A stretch of 64,000 nucleotides of DNA from positions 25,048,001 through 25,112,000 of the forward strand of contig NC_043020.1 of the NCBI RefSeq assembly GCF_006345805.1, given 5' to 3'. The stretch's first letter is position 1. Every line of letters starts with the position of its first letter. Shown piece by piece: positions 13,491-26,900 of this stretch. The notes beneath the pieces are model-generated. The model was not told the DNA's origin. It saw only the letters and a program-made list of their open reading frames with translations, and made no database searches. A program made the position numbers and the translations under genes. The DNA is from Octopus sinensis. Taxonomy: Eukaryota.

Positions 13491-13760
13491 AAAGTTTGTA
13501 GTTAGATTGTTGCACACACGAGCGTATGCTAGATTCCCGGACAGAGCGAGTAGCGTGTTGCTTCCTTCAGCGTTGCTCCAGTCCACTCAGCTGTAAATGG
13601 ATAACACTTCGATGGAATAACCTTCCGATCAGAGAGAATGTTGGCCTGCTCGTCTAACAAAGGGTATGGCATTGTTCGAAAGTTACAACGATGCAAAGCG
13701 CATTGTGCCCAGCGATGTAAAACAACATCTGATAGTCTGGTCGATCACATGATCACGGGA
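13490..13760 (+). mobile_element. SINE family C, degenerate
   Basis: ttgctccagtccactcagctgtaaatgg body and gttggcctgctcg...cattgtg(c)ccagcgatgt...tctggtcgatcacatgatcacg tail. Confidence 0.7.
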
Positions 13761-14995
13761 AGAGAACAGTAGTCGGTGGGAAGGAGGTGAAAGATTAAGA
13801 AAAGACAGTTAAATATGAACCTGAATATAGTGATAGAGAAGATTGATGGTGGAGATGTTCATAGCCATAAAGAAACTGCATAAGTAATATGATGTATATA
13901 TGATAATATATGAATAATTGAAAATAAAATAAATTATGAAAACCTGAGGCTAAGAAAGGAAAATGATACATAAATATTGGTAACATAGTCTTGAATTAGT
14001 TGTCCAGATCGTTAAACAGGTGAAAAGGTTTTGTACGACTTGAGCATACTCGATGAAAGGTATTCAGAATGTTTGTTGAGGAAAGGAACACTACTGTAAC
14101 ATATTCTGCAATACATGGGCTGCATTGTTTCATAGCTGCAGAGTAGGACTTCGTTGCTTTCGGAAATTTCCACCTTAGGTAGAAAAGCAGAGGCATGTTT
14201 TTCCGTTCCCAGGTGTACGAAACATGATATTTGGTTAGATCGTTTAGATTTCTAAAAATGTTTGAAGCTGTGCCAAAGTATGAAAGCGTCCGATATCATA
14301 ACCGATAAAGGTTATGCCTAGTTTGTTCACACGACATATTCGTAGGCAATGCCCTGCCATAAACATTAAATTCACAACCACTCTCGTACTGATTGCAATC
14401 GGTATGACAGAAATGGGTTTTATCTCCTGTAAGAATTTTCAGTTCTTCTCGGGAAAGTTAGAACAACCTGATTCAGACATTCTGACAATGGTGTTCGCAG
14501 TCGCTCAATGATAGCAACTGGCGAAATTCAGTTTTAGAAAGAAATGTTTATTGTTTCAATCCCAAACGAAAGCAGCTTGATGTAAACAGTAGTGATACTA
14601 TCTCAATATTTCCGTTTATTGTATTATGTTTTATAAAAAATGAGCATTTACAAGCTTTATCCAAAATGAAGGTTTATTTATTGTTTAAATTTATGAAATA
14701 ATTAAAAATAAGATAAGATTACACTGAAATTTGAACAACGAAATGTTAAGAATATGTTGAATATTATTTGACTTCATTTATATCCATTCAAAGAATTACA
14801 AATTGTATGCTTCATTCCGTCAGTTCTTTACTCAAAATTCTAAAAGATTTTATGGAATATTCTGATTATTTTTAAATATGTTTGATAGCAAACGTTAGGT
14901 AATTAACCGAATTGTACAATTTACTCGGTACGAAATTAAGCAGAAGTGGTCCTGTGTGTATATGTGTGTGTCTGTTTGTCTGTGTGTATGTACCA

Positions 14996-15233
<238 letters not shown>

Positions 15234-15429
15234 TGCTTGTTATATATGTGTGTGTACATACATGTAACAGAATTACTAAGGCTACAAATGAAGACACGTT
15301 CGGCCTAAGATGGCATATGTCACCTCATAAATCAACATATTGTAACCTTTTATGTGCGACCATTTTGACAAACAGTTGGAAAAGATTAAATTTTAATACA
15401 AAAACAAAAATGAAACAACCAACAATTTC

Positions 15430-15590
15430 TAAGACGTGGTTGTGAAGTAAGAAATTTGCTTCCCAACCACTTGATCCGGGGTTCAATCCCTACACGTGGA
15501 ACCTTCGGTAAGTGTCTTTTACTAAAGCCCCAAGCCGACAAAAGCCTTGTGAGCGGATTTGGTAGACAGAAACTGAAGGAAGACTGTCAA

Positions 15591-15637
<47 letters not shown>

Positions 15638-15825
15638 TCAGTGCGTGTGTCTTTTTACGCTCGTGCTTGTCCCGCACAAGTGTCTTACAACTGGTGTTGG
15701 TTTCTTCGTGTTAGCGGTGCGCCAAAAGAAAGCAAGAGAATAAGTAGCAGAGTTAAGGACATAAGCTAATGGGATCAAGTCTTTCCAATAAAGTCTTTCA
15801 AGGTGGTGCTGCAGCATCGCCGCAG
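15430..15825 (+). mobile_element. SINE family B, degenerate, with internal (GATA)n
   Basis: gtggttgtgaagtaag...ccgggggttcaatccc head; aaagccttgtgagcggatttggtagacagaaactgaagga body. Confidence 0.75.
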
Positions 15826-16109
15826 CACATTGACTACAAGTAAAAGATAAAAAATAAAGCTTTACCGAAATATAAAAAACTCCAAATAAATTCTCGTTCC
15901 TTCCGCCAAAACTAAGAATATTTACGGAACAGGTAGACACAGAAACCGCAGGCATCCAATAACAATATCCTCAATGGCTAAGAAACTCTAAATTTGGCAC
16001 CGAACATGCTATTAATTTAGCAGCGATAGAAATAGCCGCCAGCCTAAAAATAGAAGACATAGTTGAAACTTTTAATGTTATGTTTACCGCACATTATACT
16101 TAAAGATCA

Positions 16110-16860
16110 TAAATATAATTTATTTGTCAACCCCAAAAACGAATTGATAAATCGGAGAAAAACTGAGATAAGAAAAGTCAATAAAAGTATTTTAAATTCC
16201 ATCATTTTCGGCATGAAACAGGTCACTAGTCTTCCATTATGGAAAAATAGTTTATCTGTGATCAATTGCTTCAGTAATATAGATGATAACTACCTTTGTC
16301 AATTTATGAAGATCGATAGTGTAGAGATCTATCCATCTGGAACTAAATCCCATCTCCATAAAGCTTTAGAATTCCTTAAACGTTTAATTCCAATTACTGA
16401 TTCGGAAATTAATATTATCACGCACGCCAATATAACTTTGGTATTTCACAAGAATTCCATTTGGTTTTAACGTAGTGGCCAGGAATTGTTTGATGTAGCC
16501 ATAGGATATACGATGAAGTTTATGAATGAATAGGATTGTATAGCGAAGACTTACTTCGGAAGAGATTCCGCTCTGCTGACTCCGGTCTTCCCTACTATTG
16601 TGAACTGATTTTAGAAGGAATCAATGACTATTCAATGCAAGCTGTTCATCAATATATTCAAAGTGTTAATGATTACAGTACATACGAATCAAAACCTATT
16701 TCGTTAATTAGATATCTAAATACTGGTAAATACTACCGTTATAAGAAACCTGTCGACAAATTCCACTACATTAATATTAATTCTAATCATCCTAGGATAA
16801 TTCTTAGAAACTTAATTAATAACTTTAGATTAGCAATTAACTCAATGGTTATGAGAAAAT
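16110..16860 (+). pseudogene. Degenerate Penelope-like RT fragment, Naiad-like
   Basis: LFVNPKNELINRRKTEIRKVNKSIL..LPLWKNSLSVINCFSNI..MKIDSVEIYPS..IITHANITLVFHKNSIWF*RSGQELFDVAIG and LNTGKYYRYKKPVDKFHYININSNHP follow the INPAKSEIG..WKN..DFYPSI..FDVTMG..YIN..SNHP pattern of this PLE group. Confidence 0.75.
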
Positions 16861-17221
16861 ATGCATATTCAGGGAAATAATTTGTAATTAAATAAAACTA
16901 ACTCAGAACGAAGGGATGCGAAACTAAATACCGCATTGTAGTTTCTCCAAAGCTCTACAAAACCTGAAACTCCTGGGGGGTATTTTGAACTGCAAGAATA
17001 TCTTCAAAGAATATCATGGAAGCAAATATGTTTGGTCGAACCAAGCAGTTCTTTGAGTTGCTTCGACTGGAATCTAAAATCGAAATCCAAAGCATTGGAC
17101 AATATCATTGATATTATTTTCTAGTCAAGGCACAATGCCCGACATTTTGGGGGAAGATTGACTCCAGTACGCAACTTAATTTATCGACCCCGAAAGAATG
17201 AAAGGCAAAGTCGACCTAGGT

Positions 17222-18225
17222 GGAAATTGAGATCTGGGGACTGTGGTGGCCAGAAAAGATGTTCAACTTAACCTAGAATGTTCCTTCTGCCATTCAGTAA
17301 CAACTTTAGCTGTGTGAATTTGTGCCTTATCATTCTGAAAGATTGCGTTTCCCTCCGGAAACAGTTATGCAGCCATAGGATGAATTTGATCAGATAAAAT
17401 GCTTTAATAATCTTGACTATTAAATCTGCCATGAAGGGAAACCATTGGGCCGGCGGATTTCCAAGATATAGCCCCCAGATCATCACAGACCTTCCTCCAT
17501 GTTTAACAGTTCGAAGAAGGCAGTCTGGGTCACATGCTTCTTTTGGCTGTCGCCACTGCCGGTGGTCAGAAATAAGGTAAAGGATGACTAATCCGAGAAA
17601 ATAACATTCTTCCACTGCTCTAGGGACCACTTCTGTAGGTTTTTTACTCCATTCTAAACGCTTTGCAAAGTTTGTTTTGAAAGTAGTGGTTTTCTGATTG
17701 CAGCCCTCCCGTGAAATCCACCTTTGTGCAGCTTCAGGGGAACAGTTTTTGTGGAAACTGGGTTCTTGAGGTGGTCGTTAAGCTCTGCAGTAATTTTTGG
17801 AGCTGTACTTTTGTGATCCTGTCTAACAATAGGCCGACGACATCTATCTGAAAATTTTGAGTTTCTTCCAGAGTTTTGTTTCGACGAGGAGGGTTTTTCC
17901 CTCTTTCTCAAAGTCTGTGATTACTTTCTAGACAGTACTTCTCGATACACCAAACATTTCAGCTGTTTTATTACGCTAGCGCCTGCCATACGAGCACCAA
18001 CAATTTGAACTCTTTGAAAGTCCGACAGATCTGTCATTTTAATGAATTTTAATTAGCTTTTTCTGATGATATCTGAACGAAACAGTAATTTTAGCAAAAC
18101 ATATTAAGCAACACTAATAATATATCAAATAACATAAAAATAAACAAGATTTTGACAGTTTTATACATATTTCAAAATTATGTGGCTGTGATGCTAGATG
18201 TTTCCATTATTTTGACCAACCCCTG
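17222..18225 (-). mobile_element. Tc1-family DNA transposon, 3'-truncated, frameshifted transposase
   Basis: TIR CAGGGGTTGGTCAAAATAATGGAAAC at 18225; MTDLSDFQRVQIVGARMAGAS N-terminus; HTH region (17654-17911); TVKHGGRSVMIWG and FQDDKAQIHTAK DDE motifs. Confidence 0.9.
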
Positions 18226-18779
18226 TGTGTGTATATATATATATATATACATACACTTATGTTTGTGTGTCAGTGTGTGTGTTTGTGTCCGTGTGTGTCT
18301 CTGTGAGTGTGCGTGTAAACTAGTATATACACATACGTACATCGCTACAAACGGCCATACGTTCAAGCTAACAGATGCACACGCTTACGCATGCGCAATG
18401 TTCATACATGTATTTCTGTGTGCCTGTGTGTGTATGTGTGTCTGTCTATCTGTCTGTTTGTCTGTGTGCGTGTGTTATTATATACGTATGTTCTATAATC
18501 CAACGTCTCAAGGGGGATACTTTAATGAAATTATACTAAATTTGGGAACAAATAAATCCCTTTTATGTATATATTTTATTCAGAATACTGCAGGTAAAAT
18601 ATTTACATTTTTTTAGTTAACCTTTCTTTTTTCTTTCTACAACTCACTCTCAGTCTTTCTTTCTCTCTCTCTCTCTCTCTCCATCTATCTACCTATCAAA
18701 CTATCTCTCACTCATTGTCTCATTCTTTCTTCATAGATATGTATACATGCATATATATATATATGATGTGCCATACTAA

Positions 18780-19412
18780 TACACACACCAACTAATACAT
18801 ACTAATACGTACTAATACATACTAGTACATACTAATACATACACCAACCCTATACATACACACGTCCAGACCCCGCATACGCACTTATACTCTCTCATAC
18901 ACACACACACACACTTATACATACCAATACGTACTAATACATACTAATACATACACCAACCCCATACATACGCACGTCCAGACCAATCCTACGCACTAAT
19001 ACTCTCTCATACACACACACACACATACACACACACCCTTATACATACTAATACATACACCAACCCTATACATACACACATCCAGACCCCTCCTACGCAC
19101 TATTAGCTGGTCCCTCAACCCTTTTATCAACCCTATTATCTCCCCTTATTTCGCTCTCGCGTCTCATGTTTGATCTTTGACTTCTGGCCGAAATCAGATC
19201 GCCATGTTGATTCGTTAGCTACTGCACGCATTTTTTTTCTCTCCTTCTTTCTGTGTTTTTCTCTCTCTGTGTACCTTTCTGTTGAAGAGCGTAGGCTCGA
19301 AACGTTAAAGACTTGTTTTATTTATATTTCCTGAGCGCCATACTAATACAATTGTTCGTTTGTTTTCCACCTGCCTTCGTCTTTTGTTTATTTTCATAAA
19401 GCTTCCCGTTAT
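18780..19412 (+). mobile_element. PLE 3' end / terminal-repeat remnant with degenerate HHR
   Basis: CTTT-CTGTTGA-A-GAGC-GTAG-GCTC-GAAAC-GTT-AAAG at 19275-19310; related copy on the minus strand at 57767-57802; ends in (TA)n. Confidence 0.6.
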
Positions 19413-19425
19413 ATATGTATGTATG

Positions 19426-19481
<56 letters not shown>

Positions 19482-19499
19482 GTATATACATATATACAT

Positions 19500-19861
<362 letters not shown>

Positions 19862-19864
<3 letters not shown>

Positions 19865-21625
19865 GCCCTATACTGCCGTATAAATTTTGCGTCTGCGCAG
19901 AGATTTGAAAAGTTAAGATCTGCTAGTAGTTCGAGATCAACACATGGTCTCACATCGCTGCAGACCTCGATTAAATTAAGGCGACTCGCTGATGAAGCTA
20001 GCCTTAGCAAACATATTTTGTGTTTTGCTAGAAAGAAGCAGAAACCGCGGTTCGAGTTAAAGTTATCGGTAAACGTTTTTGTTTTTCACTCTCGATAAAT
20101 TCATCCCCTTTTTGTGTTCCCAGCACTCGGCATCTTAATTTAGGAGCCCTTAATTGTATAACTACATGAATAATATTTTTCTATATGAATAATATTTTTG
20201 TCTTATGACTAATTCGTCTTTTGTGCTGGGCACTTGGTAGTAAATAATATTACTACCCTTCTTGTTCATATTCGCATATTACATGATGGATTTATTCGTA
20301 AAATTCTTCCCGGCATGCCCTATACTGCCGTATAAATTTTGCGTCTGCGCAGAGATTTGAAAAGTTAAGATCTGCTAGTAGTTCGAGATCAACACATGGT
20401 CTCACATCGCTGCAGACCTCGATTAAATTAGGCGACTCGCTGATGAAGCTAGCCTTAGCAAACATATTTTGTGTTTTGCTAGAAAAGCAGAAACCGCGGT
20501 TCGAGTTAAAGTTATCGGTAAACGTTTTTGTTTTTCACTCTCGATAAATTCATCCCCTTTTTGTGTTCCCAGCACTCGGCATCTTATTTAGGAGCCCTTA
20601 ATTGTATAACTACATGAATAATATTTTTCTATATGAATAATATTTTTGTCTTATGACTAATTCGTCTTTTGTGCTGGGCACTTGGTAGTAAATAATATTA
20701 CTACCCTTCTTGTTCATATTCGCATATTACATGATGGATTTATTCGTAAAATTCTTCCCGGCATGCCCTATACTGCCGTATAAATTTTGCGTCTGCGCAG
20801 AGATTTGAAAAGTTAAGATCTGCTAGTAGTTCGAGATCAACACATGGTCTCACATCGCTGCAGACCTCGATTAAATTAAGGCGACTCGCTGATGAAGCTA
20901 GCCTTAGCAAACATATTTTGTGTTTTGCTAGAAAGAAGCAGAAACCGCGGTTCGAGTTAAAGTTATCGGTAAACGTTTTTGTTTTTCACTCTCGATAAAT
21001 TCATCCCCTTTTTGTGTTCCCAGCACTCGGCATCTTAATTTAGGAGCCCTTAATTGTATAACTACATGAATAATATTTTTCTATATGAATAATATTTTTG
21101 TCTTATGACTAATTCGTCTTTTGTGCTGGGCACTTGGTAGTAAATAATATTACTACCCTTCTTGTTCATATTCGCATATTACATGATGGATTTATTCGTA
21201 AAATTCTTCCGGCATGCCCTATACTGCCGTATAAATTTTGCGTCTGCGCAGAGATTTGAAAAGTTAAGATCTGCTAGTAGTTCGAGATCAACACATGGTC
21301 TCACATCGCTGCAGACCTCGATTAAATTAAGGCGACTCGCTGATGAAGCTAGCCTTAGCAAACATATTTTGTGTTTTGCTAGAAAGAAGCAGAAACCGCG
21401 GTTCGAGTTAAAGTTATCGGTAAACGTTTTTGTTTTTCACTCTCGATAAATTCATCCCCTTTTTGTGTTCCCAGCACTCGGCATCTTAATTTAGGAGCCC
21501 TTAATTGTATAACTACATGAATAATATTTTTCTATATGAATAATATTTTTGTCTTATGACTAATTCGTCTTTTGTGCTGGGCACTTGGTAGTAAATAATA
21601 TTACTACCCTTCTTGTTCATATTCG
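19862..21625 (+). ncRNA. Tandem array of 452-bp units, each with a type I hammerhead ribozyme motif (non-LTR retrozyme-like)
   Basis: Unit starts at 19862, 20314, 20762, 21213 (last truncated); each has ACTCG-CTGATGA-A-GCT..long stem II..AGC-A-GAAA-CCGCGG-T-T-CGAGT. Confidence 0.8.
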
Positions 21626-21635
21626 TATATATATA

Positions 21636-21699
<64 letters not shown>

Positions 21700-21706
21700 T
21701 ATATAT

Positions 21707-22030
21707 ATCACAATCAAGGAACGGCCATAATAGGCCATTCACCCACTAGAAATAACAGCCAAAGCTTCAACCGCAAAATAACATTAATTCCGTAAACCAG
21801 GAGAAAATTAAAAAACATTTACCCTGTAATTTCTTATACGATGCACCGTTTCATCTACTGTTTAATTAAACATTAAACAGTAGATGAAACGGTGCATCGT
21901 ATAAGAAATTACAGGGTAAATGTTTTTTAATTTTCTCCTGGTTTACGGAATTAATGTTATTTTGCGGTTGAAGCTTGGCTGTTATTTCTAGTGGGTGAAT
22001 GGCCTATTATGGCCGTTCCTTGATTGTGAT
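21707..22030. repeat. Near-perfect 324-bp palindrome (arms 160/159 bp, 5-nt loop)
   Basis: 21707-21866 is the reverse complement of 21872-22030 apart from one 1-nt indel; the right arm continues as unique sequence to ~22138 into (TA)n. Confidence 0.95.
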
Positions 22031-22135
22031 GTTGAACTTAAAAATGGTCTATGACTATTTAATTTTCTCCCACTAGGCCGCTGGTGGCAAAAAAAATTCT
22101 ACAAAATTTTTTTGCCACCCTATATTGATTAATTA

Positions 22136-22195
<60 letters not shown>

Positions 22196-22540
22196 ATATA
22201 TATACATGTATATATATATGTATATATATACATGTATATATATATATATATATACATGTATATAGATATATATACATGTATATATATATATATATTATAT
22301 ATATATATATATTATATATATATATATACTTCCGATTTCATAGAAGAAAGACGTGTTTTTTTTCGCTTTCTGAAACAACCAAAAAGGGGTTGCATAAATC
22401 GTCGAAATAATCTACTAAACTGACAAAAAAAACGTAGGACATAACGGTCTACTAAAATATATTAATTAAAAACCGTAATATATTTCGCTACAAGCCAAAT
22501 ATAATACATTAAAGTCAGTTACGGAAGCGAGATTTTCGTC

Positions 22541-23170
22541 GAAAAAGCACGTGGTTGCAAGTTGTATTTTTATTTCCAGCCGTACATAAGAAGCAAAAAT
22601 TGTTCTCTTTTCTTTTTTGAAAGAAAACTTCGTACAAGGACAAGGATTTGGAATTTTTACCCCTTGCAAACAAGTGTCCTTTTCATTTGTTTATTTTTCC
22701 TTCAATTTAAGTTAATATCTGACCTACGATTTCATCTTTGTTTACTTTCTGAGAATAATTCTCTTTTTTCTTTCAACTTCTCTTATAGCGTCCACTTCGT
22801 TTTCAACCTATTTTTCACGTTATCACGTTATTTAGAAATATAAAGTTATTTAGAAAATATAAATTTAGAAATATTTAGAAATATAAATCTTTAGTTTAGA
22901 ATTATTTACTTTTTTTGAAAAAGCACGTGGTTGCGAGTCGTATTTTTATTTCCAGCCGGATGTGAGAGGCAAAAAGAATTGTTTTCTTTTCATTTTTGAA
23001 AGAAAACTTCGTACAAGGATAAGGATTTGGAGTTTTGCTTCTTGCAAATAACTATCCTTTTCGTTTGTTTATTTTCCTTTGATTTAAGTTTACTTTCTGA
23101 GAATAATTTTCTTTTTTTTTTCAACTTCTGTTACAGCGTCCACTTCGCTTTCAATCTTTTTTTCACTCTA
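22541..23170. repeat. Diverged tandem duplication, ~280-bp segment, period ~376 bp
   Basis: gaaaaagcacgtggttgc...agcgtccacttcg present at 22541 and 22917. Confidence 0.85.
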
Positions 23171-23939
23171 TCTCTTTAATTTTACTTAGAAATCCTTTTT
23201 ACAAATATAATCGTAATTAGTTTAGAATTATATATTTCTTTCGTTTCCCCACTCTCTTCATATCTACCCTCTTCCTATCTCCTCCCTTACATATATTCCC
23301 CTACTTCCAGCTCCTCTTTCCCTCTCTCTTGCATATCTTACTCTTTTCCTCATCTTCCTTCCTCCTTTCCATATCCTCCTCTTTTCTCACTTCTCTTTCC
23401 CTTACATCTCACATCTACCTCTCCTCCCGTCACACCACCATCTCTTTCATATACTTCTCATTTACCCATTCTTCTCACTCCGTTTCATCCTCTCACTCAC
23501 GTCCTCCATCTTTTCCTGTCTCTCTTTCCCTTGCCATCCTCTCCCTCCCTCTGTCTCCCTTTCTCTTCCGTCCTCTCCTTCACTCTGTCTCTCTTTCTCT
23601 TCCCCTCCTCTCCTTCAATCTGTCTCTTTCTCTTCCCCTCCTCTCCCTGACTCTGCCTCTCTTTCTCTCCCTCTCTTCTCCTTCACTCTGTCTCTTTCTC
23701 TTCCCCCCTCTCCCTCACTCAGTCTCTCTTTCTCTCCCCTTCCTCTACCTTCCTCTGTCTCTTTAACACGCCACAACCCCTTGCGTTCCCCATATCACCC
23801 ACTCTATTTCCTTCATAGCACCTCTCTCTTTCCTTCATATCTCCCTCTCTCTCTCCCTATTTCCCCCTCTGTGCTTCTCCTCTACCTCCCTCTATCTCAC
23901 ATTACCTCTCTAGCCTCTACTCCCCCTCTGGGCTTAAAA

Positions 23940-26900
23940 ACGAAGATGGCACCAAAGTGGGAAAAGAAAGAGTTGACTCTTCTGCTACGAGCATGGACGA
24001 TTGCTAGTGGTGACCCGCCAAACAACATCATCACTGCTGCGCTAAAGAACAATGGCTTTCATAGAACCATTGACCAGATAGAGCGAAAGAAAAGTGAATT
24101 TATCCCGTCTTACATGCTTATAAGACCACACATCAATACCTTGGAAAACATAATTGAAAAGTATTGTGGCAAGGCTAATAAGGGTGAAGAGGATGAAAAA
24201 GAAAAAGAACCCGGAAGTCTCTGTAATCCAGAGGTTCCTCAAGAAAATGGATCACCTACCCCAGTGAACGACCAGGCAGAGAAGAATAGAGGAGCCAAGG
24301 GAGAAGTAACTGGAAGCCCCCCCCCTTGTACCAGTGGTCCTACAAAGAAATGAGAAATTAGAAAAACAGAAGAAAAAAGGAAGGACGGAAAACAAAAATA
24401 AAGGCAAAATAACCAAAACTGAAACCCCAACCCACCAAACAAACAACAGAGGACTCAAATCTGGAGGACCCAATGCCACCCAAAACCCTACAGGAAAGAA
24501 GAAATGTCGAAAGTACCCAAGAACCTGTAAAGTTTACATGCAGGGCAAATGTTGGCATGGGGAGGATGGCAAAAACTGCCGGTTTGCCCACCCGACACCC
24601 CGCCAGAACTGCAGGGGCCTTAAAGAGAAGAACTTTACTGAGGAAAGGCAAGAAGTGTCTCCCAGGAAAACATTCAGAAAAGAAGTGTGATACTCAGATG
24701 TTCTGCGCAACGCAGCAGCTGAGCAAGAGTCTTTTTTGTGCATGGCGCAAAGGATTGTCCAGCAGCTAATATGGCTGCACCAGGCACAGAGAAGGAACCC
24801 TGCCCACCACTATGCAAGACCACAACAGTCAACAGACACGGGATGGCCTCCCCTAACGCCAGCACAGTCGTCACCCTAATACTTTTACTAAATATTGGGG
24901 GACCTGCTGCATCAAAATAGAAACAAAATTTCTTTCCTGAAAGATCTTACTGCATGCAGTCAAGCCCTATGTATAGCACTCATGGAAACTCACCTCAGCC
25001 CTGATATAGAGGACGCAGAAGTACACATACCAAAATATGCCATACTGAGAACAGACAGAGGGGAAAGGAGCCATGGGTGGGTTGCTGTATACATCCGTGA
25101 TGACCTCGCACCCCAGGTCTTACTGTCATACTCAAATTCGGTATGTGACACTCTAATTGTATACATAAGACAACATAATATAGTCATATGCAATACATAT
25201 TGCCAACCGAATGCCCCAAATCACATAGGCAAGTTTGAAGATTGCCTCACAAGAATGAAAGAAATCTAACCATATTTCTTATGGGTGATTTCAACTTCCC
25301 CAATGTCAAATGGCTCGAAGGTCTCATACTCTCAGGAATGACTCATTGCAAGCAAGGACATGTGGAGTCCCTGCTCAACCTCGCCAATGCCTTATTCATG
25401 GAGGAAGTTGTACTCAAACCAACTAGGGCGAATGACATTCTGGATCTCTGCTTCACGAACAATATGGACATCATTCATGATGTGAAAGTGACACCGACAT
25501 TAGCTTCGGATCACAACATAATAGAGCTGTCTATGCTTGGGCCAAAAGTAACTAGAGACATACAGCCTAAAGGAAGTACCCGAAATCTCTCCAATCTGAA
25601 CTTCCACAAAGCAGATTGGAAACCGATCCAAAAAGAGATCCTCAGAGAGGACTGGCCGACACCAAACATTGACATGAAACTAGAATGTTTCATGTCTTCT
25701 GTGCAATCCATATGCCAGAAATATGTCCCGGAGCACAAGGCCAAAACAAATAGGAGTAAGATTCCAAGAGATAGGAAGGTCCTCATGAGACGACGGACGA
25801 AGGTTGCAAATCGACTCAACCAACATCCCAAAAGCAGCGAAACGTTCCGCCTAAAAACAACACTGATAGAGATCGAAAAAAGGCTGCAACAATCCTATAT
25901 GAGGGAGAAAGCAGACAAAGAAGCCTGGGTTATAAAAAACATTAAATCAAACCCAAAGGCCTTCTTTCATTACGTGAAAGAAACAGTCTCAGTACACTAC
26001 AAGCTAGGACCCCTCCTCCAAAAGGATGGCTCCCTCACAGGCAGTCCAACTAAGATCAGTGAGATACTGAATGACCAGTTCAAAAGTGTCTTTACCACCA
26101 CGTTGGAATACAGACAAGTGAACGAACCAGTGGACTTCTTTGCCGCCTTACCTATAACCAGCGAGGCAGTTACAATACAATATTGACATTAGCGAAGAAA
26201 ATGTACTACTAGTCATAGATGAAGTGGACACAAACTCAACTGCTGGTCCAGATGGTTTCCCAGCAATCCTCCTAAAATCGTGAAAACATGCCCTGGGAAA
26301 ACCCCTCAAGATTCTCTTCCAGAGCTTTCTTACAAATGGCAAACTGCCAAGCAAGCTGAAGGAGGGAATAATATGCCCAATACATAAAGGTGGAAGTAGA
26401 GCAGATGCCAAAAACTATAGGCCTATCTCTCTGACTTCACACATCAGCAAAGTCATGGAACGGATAGTCAGAGGGAAACTAATCGCATTCCTTGAAAAAA
26501 ATAACTTGCTAAGTGATACCCAACATGGTTTTCGACCAGGTAGGAGCTGCATGACCCAGCTCTTACAACATTATTACTGGGTGTTGAGGCAGTTACTCAA
26601 CAAATCAAATGTGGATGTAATATACCTTGATTTTGCAAAAGCTTTTGACAAGCTGGATCATGGTCCACAGGAAATTTTAATCCCAGAGCCTAAGTCAGTG
26701 AGGAACCTGGGTATCGACATGTGTGATGATACCTCTTTCCAAGTGCACATTACTAGGATGGCGACAAAGTGCAGACGACTGGCTGGATGGATCTTAAGAA
26801 CATTCAGACCCAGAGATAAGGAAACCATGATGGTCCTCTGGCGGACATTTGTCCTCAGCCGCCTGGATTACTGCTCACAGTTATGGTCACCGACCAATGT

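Noticed and set aside
19170-19220. Hairpin considered as a SECIS element
   Set aside because: It lacks the AUGA/GA quartet and apical AA spacing.
22466-22669. PNPCPCTKF..KRTIFASY, resembling a Cys-rich DNA transposase segment
   Set aside because: It is short, broken by stops and has no catalytic or TIR support.
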